Notes: generated from the sequence alone by a model not told the origin. Shown: positions 47,280 through 56,517, counted from the first letter of the stretch. The stretch is 64,000 bases of DNA from a bacterium (GCA_021163265.1 JAGGXC010000023.1:6378-70377), one strand, 5' to 3'. Numbers and translations: made by a program.

Positions 47280-47493
47280 AATTGTTTAATCTTTTTTTTT
47301 ATGACCTTTTATTTTAAACCGTGTCGACCTTTTTAGTTTATAAGTCTTCATGGCTAAAGCTTTAAAGCCACGAAGATCACGGTTTTTTTAATTTATTTCT
47401 TCTGCCGCGGCCGACCTTATTATTTAAACCGCGACTTTTTTTCAATAAAATAAATATACTAAAACTTCTCTTTAGTTTCAATATTTCTTCTTT

Positions 47494-48225
47494 TTATTTT
47501 TCCTGTGGATAACTCAAGATAAGAATTTTTTCCAGTGCTTTTGAATATTCCTCTTTATTGTAATCGTCTTTTATTTCTTTCAGTATCTTCTCTTGATCAA
47601 AAGAAAGAGATTGATTCTCTAAATCTTTAATTTCATTCTTCACTACTTCAGCTAAAGCGTTTTTCAATTCTTTAGGTTCCTCTACCACTATCCCCAAAGA
47701 TTCAGCTTTTTCTTTATTTTCTTCCAATTCTTTTGTTTTCTCAACTATCTTTTTTACATCTGGTTTTTCAATCTTTTTTAAGATCTTAGCAGCTTCTGAA
47801 ACATTAGCTTGATATTCTTCAATTAAAGGTGCAAGTTTTTCAATCTTTTTCTTTTCAGCTACTTCAACAAGATTTTCTAATTGCTGATTTGCATATTCCA
47901 GCTGAAGAGTAGGCTGGTCTCTTTCTGGGACAATAGCCAATCTCGCTCTTTCAGTAATCTTTTTGATAGGATAAAAAAGATCGCCTGGTAAACTTTGTTG
48001 AGCAGAAACAAATATACTTCCTAGCAAGAATACTGCTACCAAACTCACTGTTGCATATTTATATCTAAACAGTGCCTCAAAAATATCCCACTTCTTACTG
48101 CGAGAAAAATCCCTTACATTCACTTCTCGGAATATTCTTTTCTTAGTCAAAAAAACCCACTCTTCTCTGGGTTTTATATTCCTTAATTCTTTAATTTTCG
48201 CAATCAATTCTGTTTCGCCCCTCAT
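47494..48225 (-). CDS. Putative anti-sigma factor: a single-pass membrane protein with a helical, possibly DUF5667-like, extracytoplasmic domain.
   Basis: It sits immediately downstream of the ECF sigma gene. There is a cytoplasmic N-terminus, one transmembrane helix (YATVSLVAVFLLGSIFVSA) and an LFYPIKKITERARL motif. The DUF5667 assignment is from memory. Confidence 0.5.
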   Translation of the reverse strand: MRGETELIAKIKELRNIKPREEWVFLTKKRIFREVNVRDFSRSKKWDIFEALFRYKYATVSLVAVFLLGSIFVSAQQSLPGDLFYPIKKITERARLAIVPERDQPTLQLEYANQQLENLVEVAEKKKIEKLAPLIEEYQANVSEAAKILKKIEKPDVKKIVEKTKELEENKEKAESLGIVVEEPKELKNALAEVVKNEIKDLENQSLSFDQEKILKEIKDDYNKEEYSKALEKILILSYPQEK

Positions 48226-48267
48226 TACTATTATGACGCAAAAATTATCTTTTTGTTACACCTAAAT

Positions 48268-48777
48268 CTAAACCAAAGTAGTCTTTTGAAGCTGTTTTTT
48301 TAGAGCTTTCAAAGCGCGATGCAGCATTACCCGCGTGTTTCCTTCTGATCTCCCTATAATTTGAGCTATATCTTGAATAGGAAGATCCTCTATGTAATGA
48401 AGAATAATCATGTTCTGATAGTCTTCTTTTAACTCAGCAAGTGCTTGGCGAATCAAAAGAATATCAGAATCATTCTTAGCTTTTTCTTCAGGATCTGGAC
48501 GAGGATCTGGAAGAGGCCCAGAGTTCTCTGCAGAAACTATTTTTATTTTCTCTTTGTTTCTATAAAAATCTACTATTAAATTACGAGCAATCCGATAGAG
48601 AAATGCCTGAAAATTATCGATTTCTTTGCCATTCTCAAAATATCTCCACCCCCTAAGAAAAGTCTCTGAAGTTAAATCCTCTGCAATCTCCACAGAGTTT
48701 ACTTTAAGAAAAATAAATCTGTAAATTTTGTTTATATATTTGTCGTATATTTTACTAAATTCTGACTGCTTTCCCAT
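48268..48777 (-). CDS. ECF-type sigma-70-family RNA polymerase sigma factor.
   Basis: Region 2 (FLRGWRYFENG..FQAFLYRIARNLIVDFYR) and region 4 (DLPIQDIAQIIGRSEGNTRVMLHRALKALK). The protein is 169 aa. Confidence 0.85.
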   Translation of the reverse strand: MGKQSEFSKIYDKYINKIYRFIFLKVNSVEIAEDLTSETFLRGWRYFENGKEIDNFQAFLYRIARNLIVDFYRNKEKIKIVSAENSGPLPDPRPDPEEKAKNDSDILLIRQALAELKEDYQNMIILHYIEDLPIQDIAQIIGRSEGNTRVMLHRALKALKKQLQKTTLV

Positions 48778-48826
48778 ATTCTAAAGCATAGGAAATAGGA
48801 CATTATGTCCTATCATAAGCATTGTC

Positions 48827-49690
48827 CTATTTTACATTAATGTCCGAACTATTTGTCCTATCAACTAATTGGTAAAAAGTATTATTTCTTTCTCCTATTC
48901 TCCGAACCAATCCTTTTTCCATTAAATAGCGAAAATCTCTTCTTAAGGTTCGCTTACTTACCGAAGGAAAGATTTTTTTAAAATCCTTTACTTGGGCATT
49001 ACCTTTTTCTCGTAATATCTCTAAAATCTTTTTCTGTCTTTCATGTAAATCTTCACTAAAAGATTTCGAATCATTATCTGAATCACTGGAGGCATCTTTA
49101 ATGAAATTCCTTTCTTTTTCCGAAAAACCAAATTTTTCTTCTGAATTACTTAAAGAATTTTTTGGTTCTAATTGAGAAAGCTCTATACCTTCTTCCCTAT
49201 CATCCACACCCTCATCTTCATCTAGATCTCTGTTGCTTTGCTCTTCCTGATCTCTGTTGTTATTTTTTTCTTCAAGTAATGTTTTTTGTTGAGGAAGACT
49301 TTCTTTTTTTGTATCTCTCCACTCAAATTTTTCAACTTCACTAATTTTTATCGCCTGAATTTCTGAAATCTTTTTTAACTCATTACTTATTTTACTATAT
49401 TCTTTTTCGATCTCCAAGAGGTCTTTAGAATCAATCCAGTCCAGCGTTTTCACCACCCCAAAAAAACTAAGCAAGGCTTCTATGTCTTTTCTCGTATTAT
49501 CTATTATTTCTCTTGATTGATAAAATGCCCCTTCCAAAATAAAAATCAGGTTGGCTAGAATATCAGCCCCTAATTTTCTCATTTTCAACCTCAAAGGATC
49601 ATCCTGAGGAAAGAATAAAGTCAACCGATAAAGCTTTGAGGTAAGTTTTACAAAATAATTCTTATCCATCGAATTTGTAGAGTATAGCAA
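48827..49690 (-). CDS. Fusion protein: an N-terminal four-helix-bundle domain (23S rRNA-IVS-protein-like), an acidic low-complexity linker and a C-terminal DeoR-like winged HTH.
   Basis: YRLTLFFPQDDPLRLKMRKLGADILANLIFILEGA resembles the four-helix-bundle family. The C-terminus, ERQKKILEILREKGNAQVKDFKKIFPSVSKRTLRRDFRYLMEKGLVRR, resembles HTH_DeoR. Confidence 0.45.
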   Translation of the reverse strand: MLYSTNSMDKNYFVKLTSKLYRLTLFFPQDDPLRLKMRKLGADILANLIFILEGAFYQSREIIDNTRKDIEALLSFFGVVKTLDWIDSKDLLEIEKEYSKISNELKKISEIQAIKISEVEKFEWRDTKKESLPQQKTLLEEKNNNRDQEEQSNRDLDEDEGVDDREEGIELSQLEPKNSLSNSEEKFGFSEKERNFIKDASSDSDNDSKSFSEDLHERQKKILEILREKGNAQVKDFKKIFPSVSKRTLRRDFRYLMEKGLVRRIGERNNTFYQLVDRTNSSDINVK

Positions 49691-49729
49691 AAATAAAAAA
49701 GAGAGTCAAAGTATTTATCTAAACTCTCT
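49688..49729 (-). terminator. Rho-independent terminator after the LTD protein gene.
   Basis: On the minus strand, AGAGAGT, a 16-nt loop and ACTCTCT, followed by TTTTTTATTTTT. Confidence 0.5.
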
Positions 49730-49737
49730 AACATAAA

Positions 49738-52700
49738 TCAAGGAGTGGGATAAATATCATAGGTATTATTTTCAAAACTCAGATTATCTAAGACAGGGTT
49801 TGAACTTCCCTCAAGTCGAATACCGCAGGATGTCTTATAAGGGGGACCATATCCATAATTTTGATTATGATTCCTAAAAACAGAATCTTCAATTACAGAA
49901 TCAGAATTTGTCAGCCAGACTCCTGCTACTAAATTGCTATCAAATACAGAATTTCTAATCGTGGCTGTTGCATTATCAATCCAGATTGCTCCTTTATAAA
50001 ACACAGGAGTTAAAGGAAGATAGTAATACCACCCTCCACATCTAATTTCTACATTGTCAAAAATCGAACCAGAACTTCTAAGATAGATATAACGCCAACT
50101 TCCAGCTTTGCAATCACCGGTAGGACCAAAAATAATTGGTTTTTCAGATGTTCCTAAAGCAATGAGAGTACCTTGCACTTCTATACTAGGACGACGAACC
50201 ACATCAGATACAAGCTCTATATGTACGCCCGGCTCAATTAAGAGAATAGCGTCCTGAGAAATATAGAATGTTCCCCTAAACGTATAAGGACTCCCTTCTT
50301 TGGTAAGAATAGTGTCATGAGTAAGGGGATCGTTGGTATAATGAAAGAAATCACCAGAGGAATAATTATGCCGACTATTCTCTCTTTTTGGAGTCCCTTG
50401 TATGATGTTGCCGTCAGAATCATGACCGAATATATTAAACCCATCATTCGTCATCCAATTAGAAGGATCGTCTCCTGATAATTGAGGATTTATTCTCTCC
50501 ATAGACATCCGAATCCATCTTTCCTTTATTTTTCTATTTCTTCCGCTGAACCACCCAGAAGAACAATCAACTGAATCTATTAAATTACCAAAAGAATCAC
50601 GCAACTCCAATTTCTCTCCATTGTTTGAGAAAGCCCCTGTGTATATCTGATCTGTCTCTATGTCGCTAATTGTTTGGTTATCACTCCTCTCAAGAAGAAA
50701 GTATCCATTTGCTGGAATAATTCCCGAAAGCGTGGTAGAAGGTGAACCATCTTGAGAATAAAGCTGCCAGCCATCGAGATTAACTTCCTCATCGGTATTA
50801 TTCAAAAGTTCAATCCATTCATCATTAGCATCACTTTTTGTCCCCATCCAAGCAATTTCGTTAATTACAACAGACAAAGTAGGAGCGGGTTTTGAATTAA
50901 TAGTTAGATTTATTGGAATCGAGGAAGTTACAAATCCGTCGGAGACAAAGACAGTAGCTTGATACAAGCCAGGAGAAAGCCCAGATAAATGAGGAGTAAT
51001 TTCTAATGTAGAGGAAGCAACCGCAGGTATTGTTCCGCTAGCCGAACTCAAAACAATCCAATCAGTAGAAGTGGAGCTTGTGGAATATTCAACAAAAGCT
51101 TCCCATATTGTAGAAGTAGAAGATAAGTTTCCTAAAACAAGGCTCTGTGGGAGAGGATTCTGGCCTTCCTCTATGTCGAATTCTATGATAGAAGGCGTTA
51201 TCTTCAAGAAAGAAGAGAAAATTTCTATTGTAGTAGTAGCAGGAGAGCTTGTAGAATAATTGTTGTCTATTACCTCAAGTTTTGCTGTAAAAATACCCGA
51301 AGTAGCATAAGAATAAGCAACTGTAGAAGTTTGAGTAGTGGTAGAATGTCCATCTCCGAAATCCCAGATGAAAGAAGCTATTTCGCCATCTATATCAGTA
51401 GAAGAAGCAGCATTAAAAAATATCTCCTCGCCTATCAGCGCTCTTGATAAAGAAACCTCAAATACAGCAATAGGAGGATTATTTTCAGAAAAGAGATTTT
51501 GTTTTTTAGGTGTAGATTCTTGAAGCTCAAAATCTTTACTGTTGTCATTAGTATCTTGGTATTTATCTGAGACCTCATTCCATTTTCGAGCCAAGGTTTG
51601 TCTCTGTCCTGGATTTTGCGAAAAAGGACTACCTTCTACAAAAGGATCTGTGCTGCTTCCCCATGCTACAGTATCAAGAATATTTTTGTTTCTATCAAAC
51701 AAGGCAATACTATTATTTTTTGCCAATGTTTGAGAAGAAGTTGCGTCGGCATCAATTCCACTTGAGGAAGCGTAGTCAGAATTTACCCAGAGAAAATACC
51801 CCTCAGCAGGAATAACACTTCCCTGTGGAAAAACCCTGATTGAGTATTCTTTACCTAAGGATGTCTTTTTCTTTAATTGAAAACCAGAAATATCCACAGA
51901 ACTGGTAGAAGGATTATAAAATTCCACAAAATCATCAGAAGACCTATCTCCTTCAATTTGAACCTCGGTGATAATAATTTTTGATGAACTTACTGAAATC
52001 GAAGGTTCGGCATCCTCTTGCAAAGAGCTCCCGCTGCCTTTTCCTATATAGGAAAAAGGACTGATACTGTTTTCACGCTTTGGTGTCCCAAATACCTCAT
52101 TAAAGGCAGGTCCGTAGTAAGTATGCCATCCATAACCGCTTTTATTCCTCTCCATTGAACGTTTTTCCTTTTTATTTCCCGCAGGCCAATTTGAGCGGAC
52201 CACGATTCTATCTTCTAAAGAGCAATCTTCGTCAAATAAATACAATTCTTCGTTAGTATCGTTGATTGCTCCTGTATAGATAAAATCGGCTTTGACATTA
52301 GGAACTGAATTATCGTCTGTTCTTTCCAGAAGATAAAATGATTTTGGTAACAAGACGGTACCAGAAGCAAAAACTATTTTAATTTGGTGCTCTTTATCAA
52401 AAATCTGCCATCCCGAAATATCCACAGAGAAATTAGAGATATTTTTTAATTCTATCCACTCGTCACTTGCAGAATTTGAGGTACCCATCCATGCAATTTC
52501 ATTAAATACAATCCTGTTCTGACGAGGACTGACATAGTAAGAAGGCTTTGGACATAAAAGATCTCGTCCTATCTCCTCTTGTCCTATTCCTTCTATTTTT
52601 TTCCACTCTTCTTCTGACTCTTTTTGTTTTATTTCTGGCTTTTCTACCAATTTTGTCTCTTGCTTTTCTTGATTCTCGGTCTCTTCTGAAGAAATATTTA

Positions 52701-53997
52701 ATTTTTCCTGACCCAATAGATTCGATATCTGCTGATTAATTAAATCTATTCTTTCTCCGATATCATCTAATTCTTCCTGAATCTCTTCCAGACTTTTCCC
52801 TTTCTGTATTTTTTCCTTGATGTTGGAAGGATTCACTTCTGCAATCTTTTCCTCAATAGTAGAAATTTCTTTCTCGACCTCTTCTATTGGTTGTTCTGAT
52901 TCTTCTATTGATTGTTCTGATTCTTGAGGTGGCTTCTTCTGCTTTTGAACATCTTTCTGTGGATAACTTCCTTGCGAGATAAACAATGAGGGAGTTGTTT
53001 CCACGATAGAAGCCGGTGAAAACGGGTTTATCTCTGATAAATAAGATTGAATTTTATCCAAAATATTCTCTATTGAATTTCTGATATTCTCTCCTTTCTT
53101 GCTAATCTTGTTTCTTACATTGTCTATTGCTTTTGTTATTCCAAAACGATGTACTAAAGCTTTTGTCTTTTCTATTCTGTTTTTAATACGAAAGTAATAA
53201 TCTCCCAAAAAAGGAATTTTTCTGATATCTTCTTCTTTTTCTATTTGAGAAAAATCAGGCATCTTTTCATTGAATTTCACTTCTATACTAACTGTCCTAT
53301 CCCAGTGATAATCGCCAAGTGTCCTACCTACTTTACCTTTTATACGAACAATAAATGGAGGAATTTTTTCCTTCCCTTGAGTCCGCCATGTCCCAAAATC
53401 CCAATCAAAACCCAATAAACCACCTATTGAGCCTCTCCCTGTTTCTGGTTCGATCTCGTTTGGCGAATAAAATTCTACTGCCAATTCTCCCGAATTTTCA
53501 TCAAGCGAATGGTAAGCCAGATTGTAGTAAAAAACTATCTCTTGGTAATTCCCTTTATAAGAAGTAAAAGAATCTTTTAATTTCCCACTTGCCACTTTAA
53601 TTTCGTTCTGCAAAAACCAGTCAGTTAAGTCTTTAACTGCTTTTTTAACACTTTCTTTCTCAATTTTGTCCAATATTTGACTTACATCAGGAGAAAAATA
53701 TAAAAAAGCGGCTAATTTAGCCACTCTCTCTAATACTTCCAAAGGCAAATCGCAAAAAGCATAACTAAGTTCTCTTTTCTGAATGGCATTTCTTACTAAA
53801 AACAGTGCTGCTTGCTTCTCTGGTTCAGAAAATTCTTCAGAAGCAGTAATATCGATCCATTCATTTATTATCCCTCGTTGAATTGAGATAAGTAAGTGAT
53901 GGGTATCTAATTCTGGAAGTTGAATGTCCGCTAAAATCCTGGAAGGTAAAAGTAAGAAAAATACCAAAGAAATGATAAAGAAAACCCTCTCCCTCAT
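49738..53997 (-). CDS. Giant secreted protein (1419 aa) with three lamin-tail domains (LTD), a PKD domain, a coiled-coil/acidic repeat region and C-terminal parallel beta-helix repeats.
   Basis: Three LTD signatures: NEIAWMGTSNSASDEWIELKN..DISGWQI, IIITEVQIEGDRSSDDFVEFYNPS..DISGFQL and VINEIAWMGTKSDANDEWIELLN..LDGWQL. The PKD domain shows WDFGDGHS. The C-terminus has beta-helix-like repeats (IRNSVFDSNLVAGVWLTNSDSVIEDSVF). There is an N-terminal signal peptide. Confidence 0.75.
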   Translation of the reverse strand: MRERVFFIISLVFFLLLPSRILADIQLPELDTHHLLISIQRGIINEWIDITASEEFSEPEKQAALFLVRNAIQKRELSYAFCDLPLEVLERVAKLAAFLYFSPDVSQILDKIEKESVKKAVKDLTDWFLQNEIKVASGKLKDSFTSYKGNYQEIVFYYNLAYHSLDENSGELAVEFYSPNEIEPETGRGSIGGLLGFDWDFGTWRTQGKEKIPPFIVRIKGKVGRTLGDYHWDRTVSIEVKFNEKMPDFSQIEKEEDIRKIPFLGDYYFRIKNRIEKTKALVHRFGITKAIDNVRNKISKKGENIRNSIENILDKIQSYLSEINPFSPASIVETTPSLFISQGSYPQKDVQKQKKPPQESEQSIEESEQPIEEVEKEISTIEEKIAEVNPSNIKEKIQKGKSLEEIQEELDDIGERIDLINQQISNLLGQEKLNISSEETENQEKQETKLVEKPEIKQKESEEEWKKIEGIGQEEIGRDLLCPKPSYYVSPRQNRIVFNEIAWMGTSNSASDEWIELKNISNFSVDISGWQIFDKEHQIKIVFASGTVLLPKSFYLLERTDDNSVPNVKADFIYTGAINDTNEELYLFDEDCSLEDRIVVRSNWPAGNKKEKRSMERNKSGYGWHTYYGPAFNEVFGTPKRENSISPFSYIGKGSGSSLQEDAEPSISVSSSKIIITEVQIEGDRSSDDFVEFYNPSTSSVDISGFQLKKKTSLGKEYSIRVFPQGSVIPAEGYFLWVNSDYASSSGIDADATSSQTLAKNNSIALFDRNKNILDTVAWGSSTDPFVEGSPFSQNPGQRQTLARKWNEVSDKYQDTNDNSKDFELQESTPKKQNLFSENNPPIAVFEVSLSRALIGEEIFFNAASSTDIDGEIASFIWDFGDGHSTTTQTSTVAYSYATSGIFTAKLEVIDNNYSTSSPATTTIEIFSSFLKITPSIIEFDIEEGQNPLPQSLVLGNLSSTSTIWEAFVEYSTSSTSTDWIVLSSASGTIPAVASSTLEITPHLSGLSPGLYQATVFVSDGFVTSSIPINLTINSKPAPTLSVVINEIAWMGTKSDANDEWIELLNNTDEEVNLDGWQLYSQDGSPSTTLSGIIPANGYFLLERSDNQTISDIETDQIYTGAFSNNGEKLELRDSFGNLIDSVDCSSGWFSGRNRKIKERWIRMSMERINPQLSGDDPSNWMTNDGFNIFGHDSDGNIIQGTPKRENSRHNYSSGDFFHYTNDPLTHDTILTKEGSPYTFRGTFYISQDAILLIEPGVHIELVSDVVRRPSIEVQGTLIALGTSEKPIIFGPTGDCKAGSWRYIYLRSSGSIFDNVEIRCGGWYYYLPLTPVFYKGAIWIDNATATIRNSVFDSNLVAGVWLTNSDSVIEDSVFRNHNQNYGYGPPYKTSCGIRLEGSSNPVLDNLSFENNTYDIYPTP

Positions 53998-54005
53998 AAA
54001 GGAAG

Positions 54006-54599
54006 CTATTCCAAGGATAATGTATCTAAAAATTTATTAAATTCTTGGTTACAAGTTTCTATTTCTTGAGAACCACTATATATACAAATACTATACACTC
54101 TATCTTGAGAGGGAATATAGACTGCATCTCCATACCCTAGCACTTTATCCAGAAACTCATTTCTCAAAGCATTTATCTGTTTTATTTCTACTGACACAAT
54201 CCTATCAATTTCTATGGTAGGACTAGTATGCATTTCTTTAATTCTTTCTTCTATCTCATCAATACTCATACTTTTATATATAACAGCCACTTCAATCATA
54301 CATCCCTTTTTAAGAGGAGGACGCAAAGGTCCAGTAGGATATACACTCTCAGCATCAGGACTATAAAGCACTACAGATCCTTCATCTACTTCTACCTTTT
54401 TGACTTTCCATCCTTCTGGAACCTTGAATTTCAATCCTGCTTTTAAGTTTTCTACAACTTTTCCTTCGTTGCTTTCTTTAATCACATAATCATCGGGGCT
54501 TCCTTTTATTTCTCTCTTATTTGTCTTCCACCAAAAAACTCCTCCAGCAATAATAAGGAGGACAATTAACAAAAACAGAAAAATTGAGTTTTTTTTCAT
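54006..54599 (-). CDS. Hypothetical N-terminally membrane-anchored protein.
   Basis: A single N-terminal transmembrane helix (IFLFLLIVLLIIAGGVFWW). It lies 8 nt upstream of the LTD gene. No family recognised. Confidence 0.4.
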   Translation of the reverse strand: MKKNSIFLFLLIVLLIIAGGVFWWKTNKREIKGSPDDYVIKESNEGKVVENLKAGLKFKVPEGWKVKKVEVDEGSVVLYSPDAESVYPTGPLRPPLKKGCMIEVAVIYKSMSIDEIEERIKEMHTSPTIEIDRIVSVEIKQINALRNEFLDKVLGYGDAVYIPSQDRVYSICIYSGSQEIETCNQEFNKFLDTLSLE

Positions 54600-54702
54600 A
54601 AATCAAAAAAACGAGCTTTAAAAATAAAAAAACCTATTTTAATATAATAGTCCTTTATCTTGATCTTAACAACTGTGGAAAACTATCAATTTTATATAAA
54701 TT

Positions 54703-54734
54703 CAAAAAGAGAAAAACCCTCCAAGCAGAGGGTT
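54703..54734 (-). terminator. Rho-independent terminator in the 433-bp intergenic region.
   Basis: On the minus strand, AACCCTC, a 7-nt loop and GAGGGTT, followed by TTTTCTCTTTTT. Confidence 0.5.
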
Positions 54735-54878
54735 AGCAATATCATAAAGAACAAAAAGGGGAAGGAGGGGATGGAAGGTCGGGAAATATAAAATATAAAA
54801 AAGAAAAATAAAACCTGGAGTATCCTTTTTTCCCGACCTATTTCTAGTATAAATGCTTTCTAATAAATCTGTCAATAC

Positions 54879-55028
54879 CTATCTTCCAAAAAATACATTA
54901 AAGGAATTCTGAAGATCAGCAAACACAGAAGCAGACTCATTACGCAATAGAGTCATTAATAAAACAATCCCTATAATACAAACAATAATTCCAATTAAGG
55001 TATCTAAAATGAGTGCGTTTTTATCCAT
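54879..55028 (-). CDS. Candidate 49-aa single-pass membrane micro-protein (MDKNALILDTLIGIIVCIIGIVLLMTLLRNESASVFADLQNSFNVFFGR).
   Basis: The ATG lies 5 nt after the stop of the upstream GT-like gene. It has one hydrophobic helix and ends at a TAG at 54881-54879. No ribosome-binding site is evident. Confidence 0.25.
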   Translation of the reverse strand: MDKNALILDTLIGIIVCIIGIVLLMTLLRNESASVFADLQNSFNVFFGR

Positions 55029-55032
55029 ATTC

Positions 55033-56211
55033 TTATAACTTATTTAAGAGATAATCGCGTTTCTCAAAGAAATAATTTGCTTGCTCTAATACTTTTTTTT
55101 CTGACTCTTCAGGCGAAAGCATAGCAATCTCTTCAAAAAAATGAGCTACTCGCCCAAAATAAAGAGACCGCAACGCCTTTATTATCTCGGAGTCCTTTTC
55201 TTTATTAAAGCAGTAAATACTATCATAAATTATTTTTATCCATACGTCAACCCCGATCTGAGGAGTTTTGCCATTTTCTTGCTGGATTTGCTCAATAATT
55301 TCTTTAGAAATACAGTCTCCAAGAATATCTCTGTAAACACCAAATTCTGCCTGAAATAACTTCTTGAAGTGGCTGCTATCAGGGATAGTATTTTCTATCT
55401 TGGGAATATCTTTTTCTCCCAGCATTGACACTTCTTTTACTTTTTCCACAAGCTTAATTTTTTCTATATTATCGTTAATAATCCCAAATAATGTAGAGGC
55501 TACTTGTATAAACATCGGACCAAGATTTGGAGCACTAGGCTTATGAATCTTATTAATTAGATTCACTTGACAAAGAGGAAACTCCGATAGAATTGCATAA
55601 GTACTCATAAAAACATCTATACCATATTGATTCACTTGTTCTGACCATTTCTGATTTAACCAAAAATCGACCAACTCATTCGAAAACGAAAATTCTCCCC
55701 CAATAGGCTGACGGATATTTACTCCGAACAATCCATAAACAAGAGGAAATACAATTTGGTTAGTAATAGTAGCATCGTCTTTCTTTCTTGCATAAAAAGG
55801 AGCAGCATATTTATATTTCCCTGAAAAAATAGGCTCGGCTAAATGTTTTACCCAGATCGGTTTTATGCTTTTTAAATCCGCATCTACCACTATTCCAACT
55901 TTTGCTTTTAACTCTCTAAACAAAGAAAAAAGATTATAGAAATTATAACCTTTTCCTTTTACTCCTTGAGGAGTACTAATATAAATCAAGGGTATCTCTG
56001 ACTTGGAAGATAAAAAAGCTCCTTTAGTATTATCCGGAGAATTATTATCTACATTTATAATCACACTTTTCAGTCGAGGATAATATTCCTTCAGACCACG
56101 TGAGACCTGCTCTGTTACGAAACTAATAGTAGATGCTTCGCTGTAAGAAGGAATGCCTACCACCAAATCCGCTTGTTTTACATTTGATGGATTATAGATC
56201 TCATCTATCAT
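55033..56211 (-). CDS. GT-A-fold glycosyltransferase-like protein.
   Basis: DLVVGIPSYSEASTISFV, VDNNSPDNTKG (the counterpart of DxGSTDxT) and VVDADL (DxD). Confidence 0.5.
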   Translation of the reverse strand: MIDEIYNPSNVKQADLVVGIPSYSEASTISFVTEQVSRGLKEYYPRLKSVIINVDNNSPDNTKGAFLSSKSEIPLIYISTPQGVKGKGYNFYNLFSLFRELKAKVGIVVDADLKSIKPIWVKHLAEPIFSGKYKYAAPFYARKKDDATITNQIVFPLVYGLFGVNIRQPIGGEFSFSNELVDFWLNQKWSEQVNQYGIDVFMSTYAILSEFPLCQVNLINKIHKPSAPNLGPMFIQVASTLFGIINDNIEKIKLVEKVKEVSMLGEKDIPKIENTIPDSSHFKKLFQAEFGVYRDILGDCISKEIIEQIQQENGKTPQIGVDVWIKIIYDSIYCFNKEKDSEIIKALRSLYFGRVAHFFEEIAMLSPEESEKKVLEQANYFFEKRDYLLNKL

Positions 56212-56214
56212 ACT

Positions 56215-56460
56215 TTACATATGTTGCATCATCTTTTGAGCTGCAACAATCTGCATTTTCTTGAATGCTTCATTTATACACCTTTTTAAAACCTCTGATT
56301 GTTGAATATGATCAAGCTGAGGATTCAACTGGATTTCCTCAACTTCCATCTTTCCGTTCATAACAATTTTTACACCTTCCTTTTGAATCTCTATTTTCTC
56401 TTGAGCTAAAGATTTTTGTATTTCTTTTAACTGTTTCAATTTTTTGAGATTCTCAAACAT
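56215..56460 (-). CDS. YbaB/EbfC-family nucleoid-associated protein (tentative).
   Basis: 81 aa. It has an N-terminal helical LKQLKEIQKSLAQEK, then the core EGVKIVMNGKMEVEEIQLNPQL, then a helical tail, which is the YbaB architecture. Confidence 0.45.
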   Translation of the reverse strand: MFENLKKLKQLKEIQKSLAQEKIEIQKEGVKIVMNGKMEVEEIQLNPQLDHIQQSEVLKRCINEAFKKMQIVAAQKMMQHM

Positions 56461-56517
56461 AAATTTAATAAGAAAAAGTCCAGTAGAGAACTGAACTTTC
56501 TCTTTTTTCTGATTTTA

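Noticed and set aside
54771-54800. Plus-strand micro-ORF after the strong Shine-Dalgarno-like AAGGAGGGG ATG.
   Set aside because: The frame is only 6 codons long (MEGREI) and the Shine-Dalgarno to ATG spacing is too short. This is more likely a G-rich structural tract than a gene.
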